This document shows positions 1 to 9,348 of a stretch of 64,000 bases of DNA, piece after piece. Origin of the DNA: an uncultured Succinivibrionaceae bacterium (GTDB lineage Bacteria; Pseudomonadota; Gammaproteobacteria; Enterobacterales; Succinivibrionaceae); the NCBI GenBank assembly GCA_944389865.1, contig CALXNX010000002.1, forward strand, positions 1,674 through 65,673, in the 5' to 3' direction. The number at the start of each line of letters is the position of its first letter. Position 1 is the stretch's first letter. Position numbers and translations under genes: made by a program. The notes under the pieces were generated by a model, which worked only from the letters and a program-made list of their open reading frames with translations, did no database searches and had not been told where the DNA came from.

Positions 1-211
1 AGGTGCCCAGGAGCAGGCCGACCCTGCGGGCCGGCACGTCCTGATAGCTGTCGTAGGTATAGAAGGCGCAGCTGGAGATGCGCATGTACGCCAGCACCAT
101 AAAGATGAAAAAGCACAGTACCAGCAGAGCTAATAAATAGCTGAAGGCTCGGACAAACCTGCCCAGCTCTAAGCCGAAATCCTTATTGGGGTTTAACTGC
201 GCCTTGGCCAT
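1..211 (-). CDS. sanA: SanA/YdcF (DUF218) family membrane protein, N-terminal part only; the gene runs off the window start
   Basis: This ORF is not in the ORF track. Reverse translation from the ATG at 211-209 gives MAKAQLNPNKDFGLELGRFVRAFSYLLALLVLCFFIFMVLAYMRISSCAFYTYDSYQDVPARRVGLLLGT. It has one TM helix followed by YxYDxxQDxPxR(R/K)VGxxLGT, which matches my recollection of the E. coli SanA N-terminus. Confidence 0.5.
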   Translation of the reverse strand, partial: MAKAQLNPNKDFGLELGRFVRAFSYLLALLVLCFFIFMVLAYMRISSCAFYTYDSYQDVPARRVGLLLGT

Positions 212-224
212 GGTGCTTAACGTG

Positions 225-521
225 CTACAGCAGATGCTTGACGCAGGGCAGAGAGCCCAGCTCTTTATAGACCTTGTTCAGCATCTCGGCGCTCTGCACG
301 TTGGCGCGCAGCGTATAGGACACATAGCGGCCGTTGGAGCTGACGCGCGGCTCGCCTAAGACCGGATACTCCTGCCTGCCGCAGATGTCAGTCAAGGCGC
401 TGCGCAGTTTGGCAATGACATCCTCCTCGAGCGCATCGACAATAATGCGGAAGTCCACCTGAGCGGGAAATTGGAGCAGATCCTTAAAGGAGGCCTGCTG
501 CTGTTCCAAAATAGTCGGCAT
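225..521 (-). CDS. ybeD: YbeD/UPF0250 family small protein
   Basis: ORF 225..590 was trimmed to the internal Met (MPTILEQQQASFKDLLQFPAQVDFRIIV...) at 521, directly after the dacA stop at 523. The result is about 98 aa. It occupies the conserved position downstream of dacA, as in E. coli and Pseudomonas. Confidence 0.8.
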   Translation of the reverse strand: MPTILEQQQASFKDLLQFPAQVDFRIIVDALEEDVIAKLRSALTDICGRQEYPVLGEPRVSSNGRYVSYTLRANVQSAEMLNKVYKELGSLPCVKHLL

Positions 522-522
522 A

Positions 523-1824
523 TTACTCTCCGGCAAAGAATAAGTAGATGCGATCCCACAGCTTGGAGAAGAAGCCGCCTTCGGCCACATCCTGCTTGGC
601 GCACAGTGGATACTGGGCTAATAATTTGTCATCCAGGCGAAATTCGATGACGCCCAGCTCCTGGCCTTTACTTATCGGCGCAGTGAAGACCGCCTGATTT
701 AAGCGGTAGTTGATCTTAATGCGCTCCCGGCTGCCGCGCGGGATCATTAAGGCTGCACTCTTGGGGATCGTGAGCTCGACGGCATTTTCCTGACCCATGC
801 GCACCTCGCGGGTGAGAATGGTCTGATCGGCGGTAAACGGCTGATAGTTTTCAAAGAAGCGGAAGCCGTAGGTCAGCATCTGGCGGCAGAAGTCGGCGCG
901 ATCCGCCTCGGACTTGGCGCCGATCACCACGGCAATTAAGCGCATATTGCCGACGGCGGCGGAGGCTGCCAGGTTGTAGCCTACAGCCGATAAGTGCCCG
1001 GTCTTAATGCCGTCTACCGCGAGGGTATCGTCCCAGAGCAGGCGGTTGCGGTTGTACTGCTTGATGCCGTTGAAGGTAAAGGACTTTTCCTTATAGATGG
1101 CGTATTCAGCGGGCAGATCGGCAATCAGCCGGCGGCTTAAATTCGCCATGTCGTAGGCGGTGGAATAATTCTGTTCATCAAAGAGGCCGTGCACATTGGA
1201 AAAGTGCGTACCGGTAAGGCCTAAGCGCTGCGCGTAATTATTCATTACCGAGACGAAGCCCTGCTCGGAGCCGGCCAAATGCAGCGCCATGGCGACGCAG
1301 GCGTCATTGCCGGACTGAATGATGATGCCGCGGTTGAGATCGCCTGCCTTAATGGCCTTGCCGACTTCAATAAACATCTTGGAGGAGTCGGTGTAGGTGC
1401 TGTTTTTAGACCACGCATCCGCGGTAATGATCACATCATCGTCCTCGTGCAGCCGGCCGGCCTTAAACTCCATGCCGATGACGTAGGAAGTCATCATCTT
1501 AGTTAAGGAAGCAGGCCAGATCTTCAGCTGGCTGTTGTGCTCAAACAGCACCTGCCCGGAGGCGTAATCCATCAGCACCCAGGCCTGAGCATCGAAAGAG
1601 GGCGGCTCAGGAATGACAATGGGGGTATTGGGATCTACCGGGGCGGCAAAGGGATTATCTGCCGGCGCGGTATTCTGACTCTTTAAGGCCGCAAAGGGAT
1701 CGGGAATGGATTCATCGGCAGCCTGAGCCAAACCTGCACTCAGGCAGCAGGCGCACAGCACAGCTGCGGCGACGGACTTGCGAAACATAGAAGCTCCCAG
1801 CGTTAACATAAATATTCTACGCAT
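523..1824 (-). CDS. dacA: D-alanyl-D-alanine carboxypeptidase (PBP5/6 class)
   Basis: It has a signal peptide (MFRKSVAAAVLCACCLSAGLAQA). The motifs SLTKMM (SxxK), SGND (SxN) and KTGH (KTG) are present in the correct order. The true start may be an internal Met at 1809 or 1788. Confidence 0.9.
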   Translation of the reverse strand: MRRIFMLTLGASMFRKSVAAAVLCACCLSAGLAQAADESIPDPFAALKSQNTAPADNPFAAPVDPNTPIVIPEPPSFDAQAWVLMDYASGQVLFEHNSQLKIWPASLTKMMTSYVIGMEFKAGRLHEDDDVIITADAWSKNSTYTDSSKMFIEVGKAIKAGDLNRGIIIQSGNDACVAMALHLAGSEQGFVSVMNNYAQRLGLTGTHFSNVHGLFDEQNYSTAYDMANLSRRLIADLPAEYAIYKEKSFTFNGIKQYNRNRLLWDDTLAVDGIKTGHLSAVGYNLAASAAVGNMRLIAVVIGAKSEADRADFCRQMLTYGFRFFENYQPFTADQTILTREVRMGQENAVELTIPKSAALMIPRGSRERIKINYRLNQAVFTAPISKGQELGVIEFRLDDKLLAQYPLCAKQDVAEGGFFSKLWDRIYLFFAGE

Positions 1825-1872
1825 CCAATATTTATAAACGAGTATTGTAGCGCATCTGCGCCGCAGTGGCGC

Positions 1873-3048
1873 TCAGCGCTTAATGAAGGCATCGTTAAAG
1901 CCCTGATTTTTCATCTCCAGCAGGACGCGCTGCAGATCGCTCTCCGGCACCGGGCCGATGCGCACGCGGTATAAGCCTTCCTCGGCGGCAATCACGATCG
2001 GATAGGAGGTACTGTTGCGGTAATCATTCTGCACCTGAGCGGCGCGCTTTTGATCCATGGTGGTAAAGATCTGCACCCAGGCCTCAGCGCCGCCGGCGCT
2101 GCTGCTGACCGTCTGCGGCTGCGGGGCGGCGTAGCTGACCTGATAATTCACCGCAGATTGAGATGCAGACGAGGGGGAAGCGGCAGCCGGGGCTGGAACC
2201 GCCTGATCTTCCAGCGCCTGACTCTGCTTGGCCTTGTCAGCCGCCGCCGAGGCAATGCTGTAGACCGCAGCTCCTGCCGCTAAGGCGGTGCCGACTGAAG
2301 GCTTCTCGCCGTTTTTGAGATCTTTAATGAAATCGCCGATGGCGTCGGCTTTATCTCCCAAAGACGCGCTTGCCGGGTTGAGTACGGCCGAGCCCTGACC
2401 GCTTAAAACGGTGTGGGCGAGGTTGGCGATGGTATTGCCCTGGCGGACATCGATGTACTCCAGCTTTACTGTAGCGGTGCCCTTGCCGGTCATATCGATA
2501 GCTTTGGCTGCGCCTTCAGATAAGTCGATAATGCGCGATCCGTGGAAGGGGCCGCGATCATTGACGCGCACCACCACCGCTTTGCCGTTTTCCAAATTGG
2601 TGACCTTAAGATAAGAGGGCAGGGGCAGATTTTTATGAGCTGCGCTGTAGCCCTTTTGATTGTAGACCTCGCCGTTGGAGGTCTTATTGCCGTGAAAGCC
2701 CGGGCCGTACCATGAGGCGGTGCCGATCTCCAAATAGGAAGAGCAGTCGCGCCACACCTGATAATTCTTGCCTAAAACGGTGTAATTCTTATTGCCGCCG
2801 CGCGATAAGGGCTCGTATTTGACCTCCGCACCGCCCACGCCGTTTAAATTCACCGGCTCGGACTGCGGATAGGGCTTGGTGTTGTTGGGACCGCTGCCGT
2901 AGGTGGCGCCGTCATCGGCGATGGCGCCGTGGGTCTTATTGATCACATCCTCCATCTCGGAGGAGGAGCAGGCGGTCAAAAGCAGGGACAGCGCGCCGGC
3001 GGCGGCGAGAAGCGTCAGATAAAATTTAGAACGGGCTGAGATCTTCAT
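1873..3048 (-). CDS. rlpA: Septal ring lytic transglycosylase RlpA (DPBB domain plus C-terminal SPOR domain)
   Basis: Lipobox LLTAC is present. The DPBB core reads ASWYGPGFHGNKTSNGEVYN...VVVRVNDRGPFHGSRIIDLS. An Ala/Ser/Pro linker leads to a SPOR-like tail (WVQIFTT...YRVRIGP). Confidence 0.9.
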   Translation of the reverse strand: MKISARSKFYLTLLAAAGALSLLLTACSSSEMEDVINKTHGAIADDGATYGSGPNNTKPYPQSEPVNLNGVGGAEVKYEPLSRGGNKNYTVLGKNYQVWRDCSSYLEIGTASWYGPGFHGNKTSNGEVYNQKGYSAAHKNLPLPSYLKVTNLENGKAVVVRVNDRGPFHGSRIIDLSEGAAKAIDMTGKGTATVKLEYIDVRQGNTIANLAHTVLSGQGSAVLNPASASLGDKADAIGDFIKDLKNGEKPSVGTALAAGAAVYSIASAAADKAKQSQALEDQAVPAPAAASPSSASQSAVNYQVSYAAPQPQTVSSSAGGAEAWVQIFTTMDQKRAAQVQNDYRNSTSYPIVIAAEEGLYRVRIGPVPESDLQRVLLEMKNQGFNDAFIKR

Positions 3049-3185
3049 TAATGAAAATAGAAAAATTTAAGTTGATTGCGCATGTATGGATTTATTGTAC
3101 CTGACGCGCGGCCCTGCGTACAGTCTGCAGAAAAAGGGAGGAGCTGCACCTGCCTGTTCAGGCAGGCGCTTAAATTGCGGCTTGC

Positions 3186-4190
3186 TTAAGGAATGCGGCC
3201 TGCCGGCGGCACGTCGATCCCCTGGGCGCGCAGCTGATCTTCGTAGGCCATGCGGATGAACTCAGAGAGTTCATAAACTGCGCGGGCATACAGCGGGCTC
3301 TTGTTGTAGCGCATGATGGCGTTGAAGTTGTTAAGTCCCACGCCGTAGCCCATGGAGCCGTCCTCTAATTGATAGGAGAAAAGACGCAGATTTTCATCGA
3401 GCGATAAATTGACCTTGGTGGAGACGCCGGCGGCATAGAGCTCGCGAGCGGTTAAATTCCATTCCTTATCCATTAAGCCTTTGACATCGCCTGCTGCCAA
3501 GGCCGGGTAATAGATCCCTCTGCCGGCCTGCCAGCCGTGGGCCTTGAAGTAATTGGCCACGGAGCCGATGGCATCTTCAATATCGCTGAAGAGATTGACT
3601 TTGCCGTCGTGATCAAAGTCTATGGCGTAATCAAGGTAGGAGCTGGGCATAAACTGTCCCATCCCCATGGCGCCGGCATACGAGCCTTTAACAGAGGTCA
3701 GATCCCAATTCTCGCGCTTGGCAAGTTTGACGAAATTGGCAAATTCCTTTGAGAAATAGCTCTCGCGCGGCGGGTAGTGAAAGCCTAAGGTATAGAGGGC
3801 ATCCAGAACTTTCCACGTGCCCATATTGCGCCCGTAGAAGGTTTCCACGCCGATAATGGCGCACACTATTTCAGGCGGCACGCCTAATTCAGCCTCGGCG
3901 CGCTTTAAAGTGTCCGCATGCTGCAGATAAAACTGCAGGCCGGCCTGAATGCGCGAGGTGGTGATAAAGAGCTTGCGGTACTGCCACCAGGGCTTGCTTT
4001 CATACGGGGTGGTCATGGTCTTAATGATCACGGGCTGTTTGCGCGCCTTGGCAATGGCGGCATTGAGCTCCTGCTCGGACAGCCCGGAGTAGGCGGCAAG
4101 CTCAGTGACGCTCGGGGCAGCGCTGACCGGGAGGGCAGCGCCCACAAGCGCCGCGAGGCCTAATGTGCAGATGCGTTTTTTCAGGTTCAC
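3186..4190 (-). CDS. mltB: Lytic murein transglycosylase B family
   Basis: It has a signal peptide. The motifs GVETFYGRNMG and GAMGMGQFMPSSY are typical of MltB/SltB1. Its position between rodA and rlpA matches Pseudomonas. Confidence 0.85.
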   Translation of the reverse strand: MNLKKRICTLGLAALVGAALPVSAAPSVTELAAYSGLSEQELNAAIAKARKQPVIIKTMTTPYESKPWWQYRKLFITTSRIQAGLQFYLQHADTLKRAEAELGVPPEIVCAIIGVETFYGRNMGTWKVLDALYTLGFHYPPRESYFSKEFANFVKLAKRENWDLTSVKGSYAGAMGMGQFMPSSYLDYAIDFDHDGKVNLFSDIEDAIGSVANYFKAHGWQAGRGIYYPALAAGDVKGLMDKEWNLTARELYAAGVSTKVNLSLDENLRLFSYQLEDGSMGYGVGLNNFNAIMRYNKSPLYARAVYELSEFIRMAYEDQLRAQGIDVPPAGRIP

Positions 4191-4239
4191 GCCAAGCTCC
4201 TTATTCTATAAAACACGGGATCAATCCTAACACGGCTGC

Positions 4240-5388
4240 TCACTGCCTGAAGGTGAGCGTGCGCTTGTGCGTATGAATCGACATAATGATGCCGAAGCCT
4301 ACTGCCAGCGTAATCATCGAGGTGCCGCCGTAGCTTATCATCGGCAGCGGCACGCCCACTACCGGCAGGATGCCGCTTACCATGCCGATGTTGATGAAGA
4401 TGTAGCAGGCAAAGGTAAAGGTGTAGCTGGCCGACAGGATCTTTTCAAAAGGGGTGTGCGCCTGAAAGCTGATGATGACGCAGCGCAGAATAATGTAGCC
4501 GTAGATCACCATCAAAATTATAAAGCCGATCAGGCCCAATTCTTCAGCCAGCACCGCAAAGATGAAGTCGGTATGCGGCTCGGGCAGAAAATCCAGCTGC
4601 GACTGCGAGCCCTGCAGCCAGCCCTTGCCGAACAGGCCGCCGGAGCCGATGGCAATTTTCGACTGAATGATGTGATAGCCTGCGCCCAGGGGGTCAGACT
4701 CCGGGTCAATTAAGGTCAGTACGCGCTGCTTTTGATAGTCATGCAGCACATAATTCCACATTACCGGAATGGCGGCTGCAGCGGCAAGGCCTCCGGCGGC
4801 CAGCCACCACAGGGACATGCCGGCAATAAAGATGGCAATAAAGCCCGAGATGCCTATAAGGCCCGCGGTGCCTAAATCAGGCTGGATCAGCACCAGCCCC
4901 ATGGGCACCAGGATGATGATGAAGGCTGCAACCACGCTGATAAAGCGCGGGGGCAGGGAGCCGCGCGCCAGAAAGGCGGAAATTACCAGCGGCATCACCA
5001 CTTTGAAGATCTCCGAGGGCTGAATGCGCATGAAGCCCAAATCCAGCCAGCGCTGCGCGCCCTTGGAGATGTCGCCGAAAAGCTCCACCATCACCAGCAT
5101 GACAAGACCTGCGATGTAGAGATAGACGGCGGCTTTGCCGTAAAAGCGCGGGGGCAGCTGGGCCACGGCAATCATCACGAAGAAGGCGGCGCCGGTACGC
5201 ATGATCTGGCGCACCAGCATTTCAGGGTGCTGGCCGGAGGCCGAATAGAGCACGATGAGCGATAAAAATAAGGTCATCATCAGGCCCAGCACCAGGGGCA
5301 GATCGATATGCCAGCGCATAAAGATGGAAGCGGGCTGGCGGCCTAATTCGTTGAGATCCTGCCTGGTTTTTTCATCGGTCAATAACAT
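4240..5388 (-). CDS. rodA: SEDS peptidoglycan glycosyltransferase RodA
   Basis: It is a polytopic membrane protein. The SEDS signatures QPSEIFKV, DLGTA and PEPHTDFIFAV are present. It lies directly downstream of mrdA. Confidence 0.93.
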   Translation of the reverse strand: MLLTDEKTRQDLNELGRQPASIFMRWHIDLPLVLGLMMTLFLSLIVLYSASGQHPEMLVRQIMRTGAAFFVMIAVAQLPPRFYGKAAVYLYIAGLVMLVMVELFGDISKGAQRWLDLGFMRIQPSEIFKVVMPLVISAFLARGSLPPRFISVVAAFIIILVPMGLVLIQPDLGTAGLIGISGFIAIFIAGMSLWWLAAGGLAAAAAIPVMWNYVLHDYQKQRVLTLIDPESDPLGAGYHIIQSKIAIGSGGLFGKGWLQGSQSQLDFLPEPHTDFIFAVLAEELGLIGFIILMVIYGYIILRCVIISFQAHTPFEKILSASYTFTFACYIFINIGMVSGILPVVGVPLPMISYGGTSMITLAVGFGIIMSIHTHKRTLTFRQ

Positions 5389-5396
5389 AGCTGCCT

Positions 5397-7421
5397 CTAC
5401 TGCACCATCACCGTGCCGCCTAAGCCGAACTTCATCTGCACCGGCTCCTTTTCGCCCATGTAGCCGTCAGGATAAAGATCCAGCAGATATTTATCGATCA
5501 TTTTGCGGGCCAGGGGCGCGGCCTTGGCCGAGCCGCCGCCTTCGTTTTCGAGGATGATCCCAACGAGAATGCGCGGATGGACAAAGGGCGCAAAAGCCAC
5601 GAACAGCGCATTGTCGCGATGCTCGACTTTAAGCTTGGAGGCATCGTATTTCTGGCCCTGCTTGATGGACACGATCTGCGCGGTGCCGGACTTGCCGGCG
5701 GCCTTGTATTTGGCCCCGTAGAAGGCGCGCCGTCCGGTGCCCTCGGGGCCATTGACCACTAAATACATGCCGGCGCGCGAGACGTCCCAATAGCTTTGAT
5801 CCTTGACCGGGAAGAGCGTGTCTTTAAGCTTGTCCTCGTAAGGCGCCGGCGGCTCATCGGGGGTGAGCGGATCCTGCGCGAACTTCAGAAGATGCGGGGT
5901 AACCTCCTGGCCCTTATTGGCCACCATGCAGTGGGCTTTGACCAGCTGCAGCAGGGTGGTGGTCCAATAACCCTGGCCGATGCCGATGGGCACGGTATCG
6001 CCTAAATGCCAGCGCTCATTGAAGCGGCGCATCTTCCAGTCGCGCGAGGGGTTGACGCCTAAGGATTCCTCGTGAATATCGACCCCGGTAGATCGACCGA
6101 AGCCGAATAAGTCGAGGTATTCGTGAATGCGATCGATGCCGGCGCGGTAGGCCAGGTCGTAGAAGTAGGTGTCGGCCGACAGCTCAATGGCGCGGTAGAT
6201 GTCGAGCCACCCGTGCCCCCAGGAGCGCCAGTCGCGGAAGCGGTGAGTAGAGCCCGGCAGCATGAAGGCAGGTCCCCCGAAATAAGTGGAGGTGGTGGTG
6301 ATAAGGCCTTCATTCAGGCCCATGATGGTAAGCAGGGGCTTGACCGTGGAGGCCGGGGCGTAGCCGCCCTGGGTGACGCGGTTAATCAGCGGCCGCCCGG
6401 GGTGGTTTAAAAGCTTGGAGTACTCTGAGGAGCGAATGCCGCGCACAAACAGATTCGGATCGTACGAGGGATTGGAGTAAAAGGCCAAAAGCTCGCCGGT
6501 AGATGGCTCAATGGCCGCAATGGCCCCGCGCATATTGCCCAAAAGCTCCTGCGCATAATACTGCAGGCGGATGTCGAGAGTTAAGGTGAGATCGCGCCCG
6601 GGCTTGGGCGGATGATAATTTAAAGTGCGGATCACGCGGCCGTGACTGTCCACTTCCACCTCGCGCGAGCCGGTGGTGCCGTGCAGCAGATCTTCGTAAT
6701 ACTTTTCAATCCCCAGCTTGCCGATGGCCAGCGAGCCTTCATAATTGTCAATTTTGCCCTCTTCCGTCAGCTGCTCCACATCCTGCTGATTGATGCGCGA
6801 GACGTAGCCTATGGCATGGGTGGCGATGTTGGCAAAGGGATAGAAGCGCTTTAAGCTGGCCGCAATCTGCACATTGGGATAATGATGGCGGTTGACCGCA
6901 AAAGTAGAGATCTGCTGATCGCTTAAGGCCTCGGCAATTTCCACCCCGTTAAAGCGGTTGCGGGTGCGCGCCAGATAGACCATGTTTTTGATGTCGCGCT
7001 CGGAAAGGCGCAGATCGAGGAGCTCGCTTAACTTTTCAATAGTCTCCTGCGTGCTGTAGTCCTTATGCGGGAACAGCACTAAATGATAAACCGGGCGGTT
7101 GTCGGCCAGGACCACATGATTGCGATCGTAGATAATGCCGCGCTGCGGCACTACCGGCAGCACGCGGATGCGGTTTTCATTGGAGCGGGTCGAATAGTCC
7201 TCGTAGGAGACAATCTGCAGATAGTACAGATTGGCAAAGAGCACCGCCGCCATCAGCACCGTCATGACGATGCAGATGAACATGCGGGTCTTGAACACGC
7301 CGTTTTCCTGCTCGGTATTGCGTACCATCAGGCCGCCGCGGCTTTGATGGGATCTGCGGCGGCGCTTTTTTCTGACCTTAAAGAGCTCGCGCTCATGACG
7401 TTTACGGCGTTTGAACAGCAT
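5397..7421 (-). CDS. mrdA: Penicillin-binding protein 2 (elongasome transpeptidase)
   Basis: It has an N-terminal TM anchor, and the motifs STVKP (SxxK) and KSGT are present. It pairs with rodA. The start is uncertain: Met at 7421, or the internal MVRNTEQ. Confidence 0.93.
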   Translation of the reverse strand: MLFKRRKRHERELFKVRKKRRRRSHQSRGGLMVRNTEQENGVFKTRMFICIVMTVLMAAVLFANLYYLQIVSYEDYSTRSNENRIRVLPVVPQRGIIYDRNHVVLADNRPVYHLVLFPHKDYSTQETIEKLSELLDLRLSERDIKNMVYLARTRNRFNGVEIAEALSDQQISTFAVNRHHYPNVQIAASLKRFYPFANIATHAIGYVSRINQQDVEQLTEEGKIDNYEGSLAIGKLGIEKYYEDLLHGTTGSREVEVDSHGRVIRTLNYHPPKPGRDLTLTLDIRLQYYAQELLGNMRGAIAAIEPSTGELLAFYSNPSYDPNLFVRGIRSSEYSKLLNHPGRPLINRVTQGGYAPASTVKPLLTIMGLNEGLITTTSTYFGGPAFMLPGSTHRFRDWRSWGHGWLDIYRAIELSADTYFYDLAYRAGIDRIHEYLDLFGFGRSTGVDIHEESLGVNPSRDWKMRRFNERWHLGDTVPIGIGQGYWTTTLLQLVKAHCMVANKGQEVTPHLLKFAQDPLTPDEPPAPYEDKLKDTLFPVKDQSYWDVSRAGMYLVVNGPEGTGRRAFYGAKYKAAGKSGTAQIVSIKQGQKYDASKLKVEHRDNALFVAFAPFVHPRILVGIILENEGGGSAKAAPLARKMIDKYLLDLYPDGYMGEKEPVQMKFGLGGTVMVQ

Positions 7422-7423
7422 GA

Positions 7424-7894
7424 TTAGGCTCGATGATAGGGCAGCGCCTGGGTGATGCTGAAGGCCCGATACAGGGTTTCAGCAATGATGATGCGCACTA
7501 AGGGGTGGGGCAGCGTCAGGCGCGAGAGCGCCCAGGCTTCATCCGCGCGCTGCAGCACCGCAGGGGACAGTCCGTCCGGGCCGCCGATGATCACGGCCGC
7601 ATCCATGCCTAAAGTCTGCAGCTCCTCAAGCTTCCCGGCCAGCTGCACCGAGGTGAACTCGCGCCCGTGTTCATCGAGCGCAATGACATGACAGCGTTTG
7701 GGCAGGGTCTTTAAGATGAGCTGTCCTTCCTTATCCTTAATTTTATCGACGCTGCTGCCGGCGCTGCGCTTTTCTAAGGGCAGCTCATGGAGCACCAAGG
7801 CCAAATGCTCGGGCAGGCGCTTCTGATATTCCGTAAAGCCGGTCTGCACCCAGGCAGGCATCTTAGTGCCGACAGCGATTAAATGGATCTTCAC
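7424..7894 (-). CDS. rlmH: 23S rRNA (pseudouridine1915-N3)-methyltransferase RlmH
   Basis: The ORF was trimmed to a GTG at 7894, giving (M)KIHLIAVGTKMPAWVQTGFTEYQKRLP... This aligns from residue 1 with E. coli RlmH. The C-terminus reads LTLPHPLVRIIIAETLYRAFSI. The GTG overlaps the rsfS TGA stop (GTGA). Confidence 0.9.
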   Translation of the reverse strand: MKIHLIAVGTKMPAWVQTGFTEYQKRLPEHLALVLHELPLEKRSAGSSVDKIKDKEGQLILKTLPKRCHVIALDEHGREFTSVQLAGKLEELQTLGMDAAVIIGGPDGLSPAVLQRADEAWALSRLTLPHPLVRIIIAETLYRAFSITQALPYHRA

Positions 7895-8340
7895 GACAGG
7901 GCCTGCGCGCTGACGGCGTCCTCGCTGACGCCGGCTGCCATGCAGCGATACAGATTTTCCAGGGCATAGCGCTCGCGCATCTCCGGCAGCAGCACATGGA
8001 CCATCACGGAGCCTAAGTCCGCCAGCACCCACTGTCCGTCGCGCTCGCCCGAGAGCTGTGCCCCCTTGAGCCCGGCTTTTGCCAAAGCTTCCAGCATTCT
8101 TTCGGCAATGGCGGTGACGTGGCGGGTAGAAGTGCCCGAGCAGATGATCATATAGTCCGTGACAATGGTATGTCCGGCCACCTCAATCTGCACAATATGG
8201 TCGGCCTTCAGCTGCTCTAAGCAGTGCCGGCAGGCGGCGGCTAAAGTGCGGCTGTCGTGTAATGCTTCAGGAAGCTCCAGCATAAAGTCCTGATATACCT
8301 CTTTTATCTGCCTGAGACTAAAAATTAAATCCGTCTTCAA
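7891..8340 (-). CDS. rsfS: Ribosomal silencing factor RsfS (YbeB/iojap)
   Basis: The core DYMIICSGTSTRHVTAIAERM...WVLADLGSVMVHVLLPEMRERYALENLY is typical of iojap/RsfS. It is about 45 aa longer than the E. coli protein, split between both termini. Confidence 0.88.
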   Translation of the reverse strand: MKTDLIFSLRQIKEVYQDFMLELPEALHDSRTLAAACRHCLEQLKADHIVQIEVAGHTIVTDYMIICSGTSTRHVTAIAERMLEALAKAGLKGAQLSGERDGQWVLADLGSVMVHVLLPEMRERYALENLYRCMAAGVSEDAVSAQALS

Positions 8341-8403
8341 AACAGCGCCGAAACCATGCTCCGGTGCTTAAGGCTGAGATTGTACCCTGATTTGCCGTTC
8401 TGT

Positions 8404-9291
8404 CTACTGCAGGCAGAAGAACTGCTCGCGGGCAGCAGGCTGGGCGTTCTGCGGATTGTGCGGAATTGCAGCGCGCCCTTTTAAGTCTGTAAAGCCTGCG
8501 GCTGTGCAGACTGCCTGCAGGATGCGCAGCACCGCCGGAATTAACTCCAGCACGCTCTGTTTATTGCGCTCGATATACTCCGGGGTGAAAAGCTCCGGAT
8601 CCTGCTTGGCAAAGACGGCTAAGTTCTGCGCAGTCTCGGCAAGAAAGGGCGCTGCGGCCTCAGCGCAGTCTGCGGCGCTTAAATTGACTTTAAGGCGCTC
8701 CATGAGTAAACCGCCGTGTTCCATCATCAGCAGGCACAGCTCCGGCGTCCCGCTGCCGCTTTGCTGCAGCGAGGCGAAAAAGCCGCCGAAATCGCGCAGG
8801 CAGGCGGGGTACAGCAGCTTTACAGCAGACGGCAGCTCCTCAAAAAAGGGCAGAGATACAAAGACGGCCCACTGCGGCAGCTGCTGCACGTCGCGCAGCA
8901 TGTGGGCCTCATCGGCCGGGGCCGTGAAGATCTGCTGCATCTTCTGTGCGCTTACAGGATAGATGCCCTTGGTGAAATACCAGGGGATCAGCACTGAGGC
9001 GGCATAGAGATAGTAGATTGCGTTGACCACCTTGAAGCTGGAGCGATTCTCCGGGGCATTGATGATTCTGTCGTCGAAATCTGCCAGCGGATTGTCCCGG
9101 CCCTGCAGGGCAGCATTAATCACAGAGATCAAGCGGCTGTCGCGCAGGAAGCCGGCATGACTTACTGCGGTGTTGGCTGCCAATTCCTTTGCAATCAGCG
9201 GGCTGCCGTTAAAGCAGGTGCAGATCCCGGGGATAAATTCATTTAAAGCAAAGCAGTGATTAATTAAGGTGCGGGGTTTGATATATGCCAT
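8404..9291 (-). CDS. Hypothetical cytoplasmic protein, 295 aa, no family recognised
   Basis: It is a long ORF with host-like composition. It is co-oriented with and tightly packed between nadD and rsfS. No signal peptide, TM helix or known motif was seen. Confidence 0.6.
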   Translation of the reverse strand: MAYIKPRTLINHCFALNEFIPGICTCFNGSPLIAKELAANTAVSHAGFLRDSRLISVINAALQGRDNPLADFDDRIINAPENRSSFKVVNAIYYLYAASVLIPWYFTKGIYPVSAQKMQQIFTAPADEAHMLRDVQQLPQWAVFVSLPFFEELPSAVKLLYPACLRDFGGFFASLQQSGSGTPELCLLMMEHGGLLMERLKVNLSAADCAEAAAPFLAETAQNLAVFAKQDPELFTPEYIERNKQSVLELIPAVLRILQAVCTAAGFTDLKGRAAIPHNPQNAQPAAREQFFCLQ

Positions 9292-9348
9292 GTTGAGATC
9301 TCAAGCTGAGCGCTGCGGTAAATCGACGCTTAGTATAGCACTGCAGCG

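Noticed and set aside
4267-4713. 148-aa plus-strand ORF
   Set aside because: It is antisense to rodA. Its translation is Arg/His/Ala-rich with no features.
7895-8032. 46-codon extension of the rlmH ORF
   Set aside because: RlmH aligns from the GTG at 7894, and the extension overlaps the rsfS coding sequence.
8456-8962. 168-aa plus-strand ORF (and 8716..8997)
   Set aside because: It is antisense to the 295-aa minus-strand ORF. That ORF is longer, co-oriented with its neighbours and less biased in composition. This call is weaker than the others because the sense ORF itself is unassigned.
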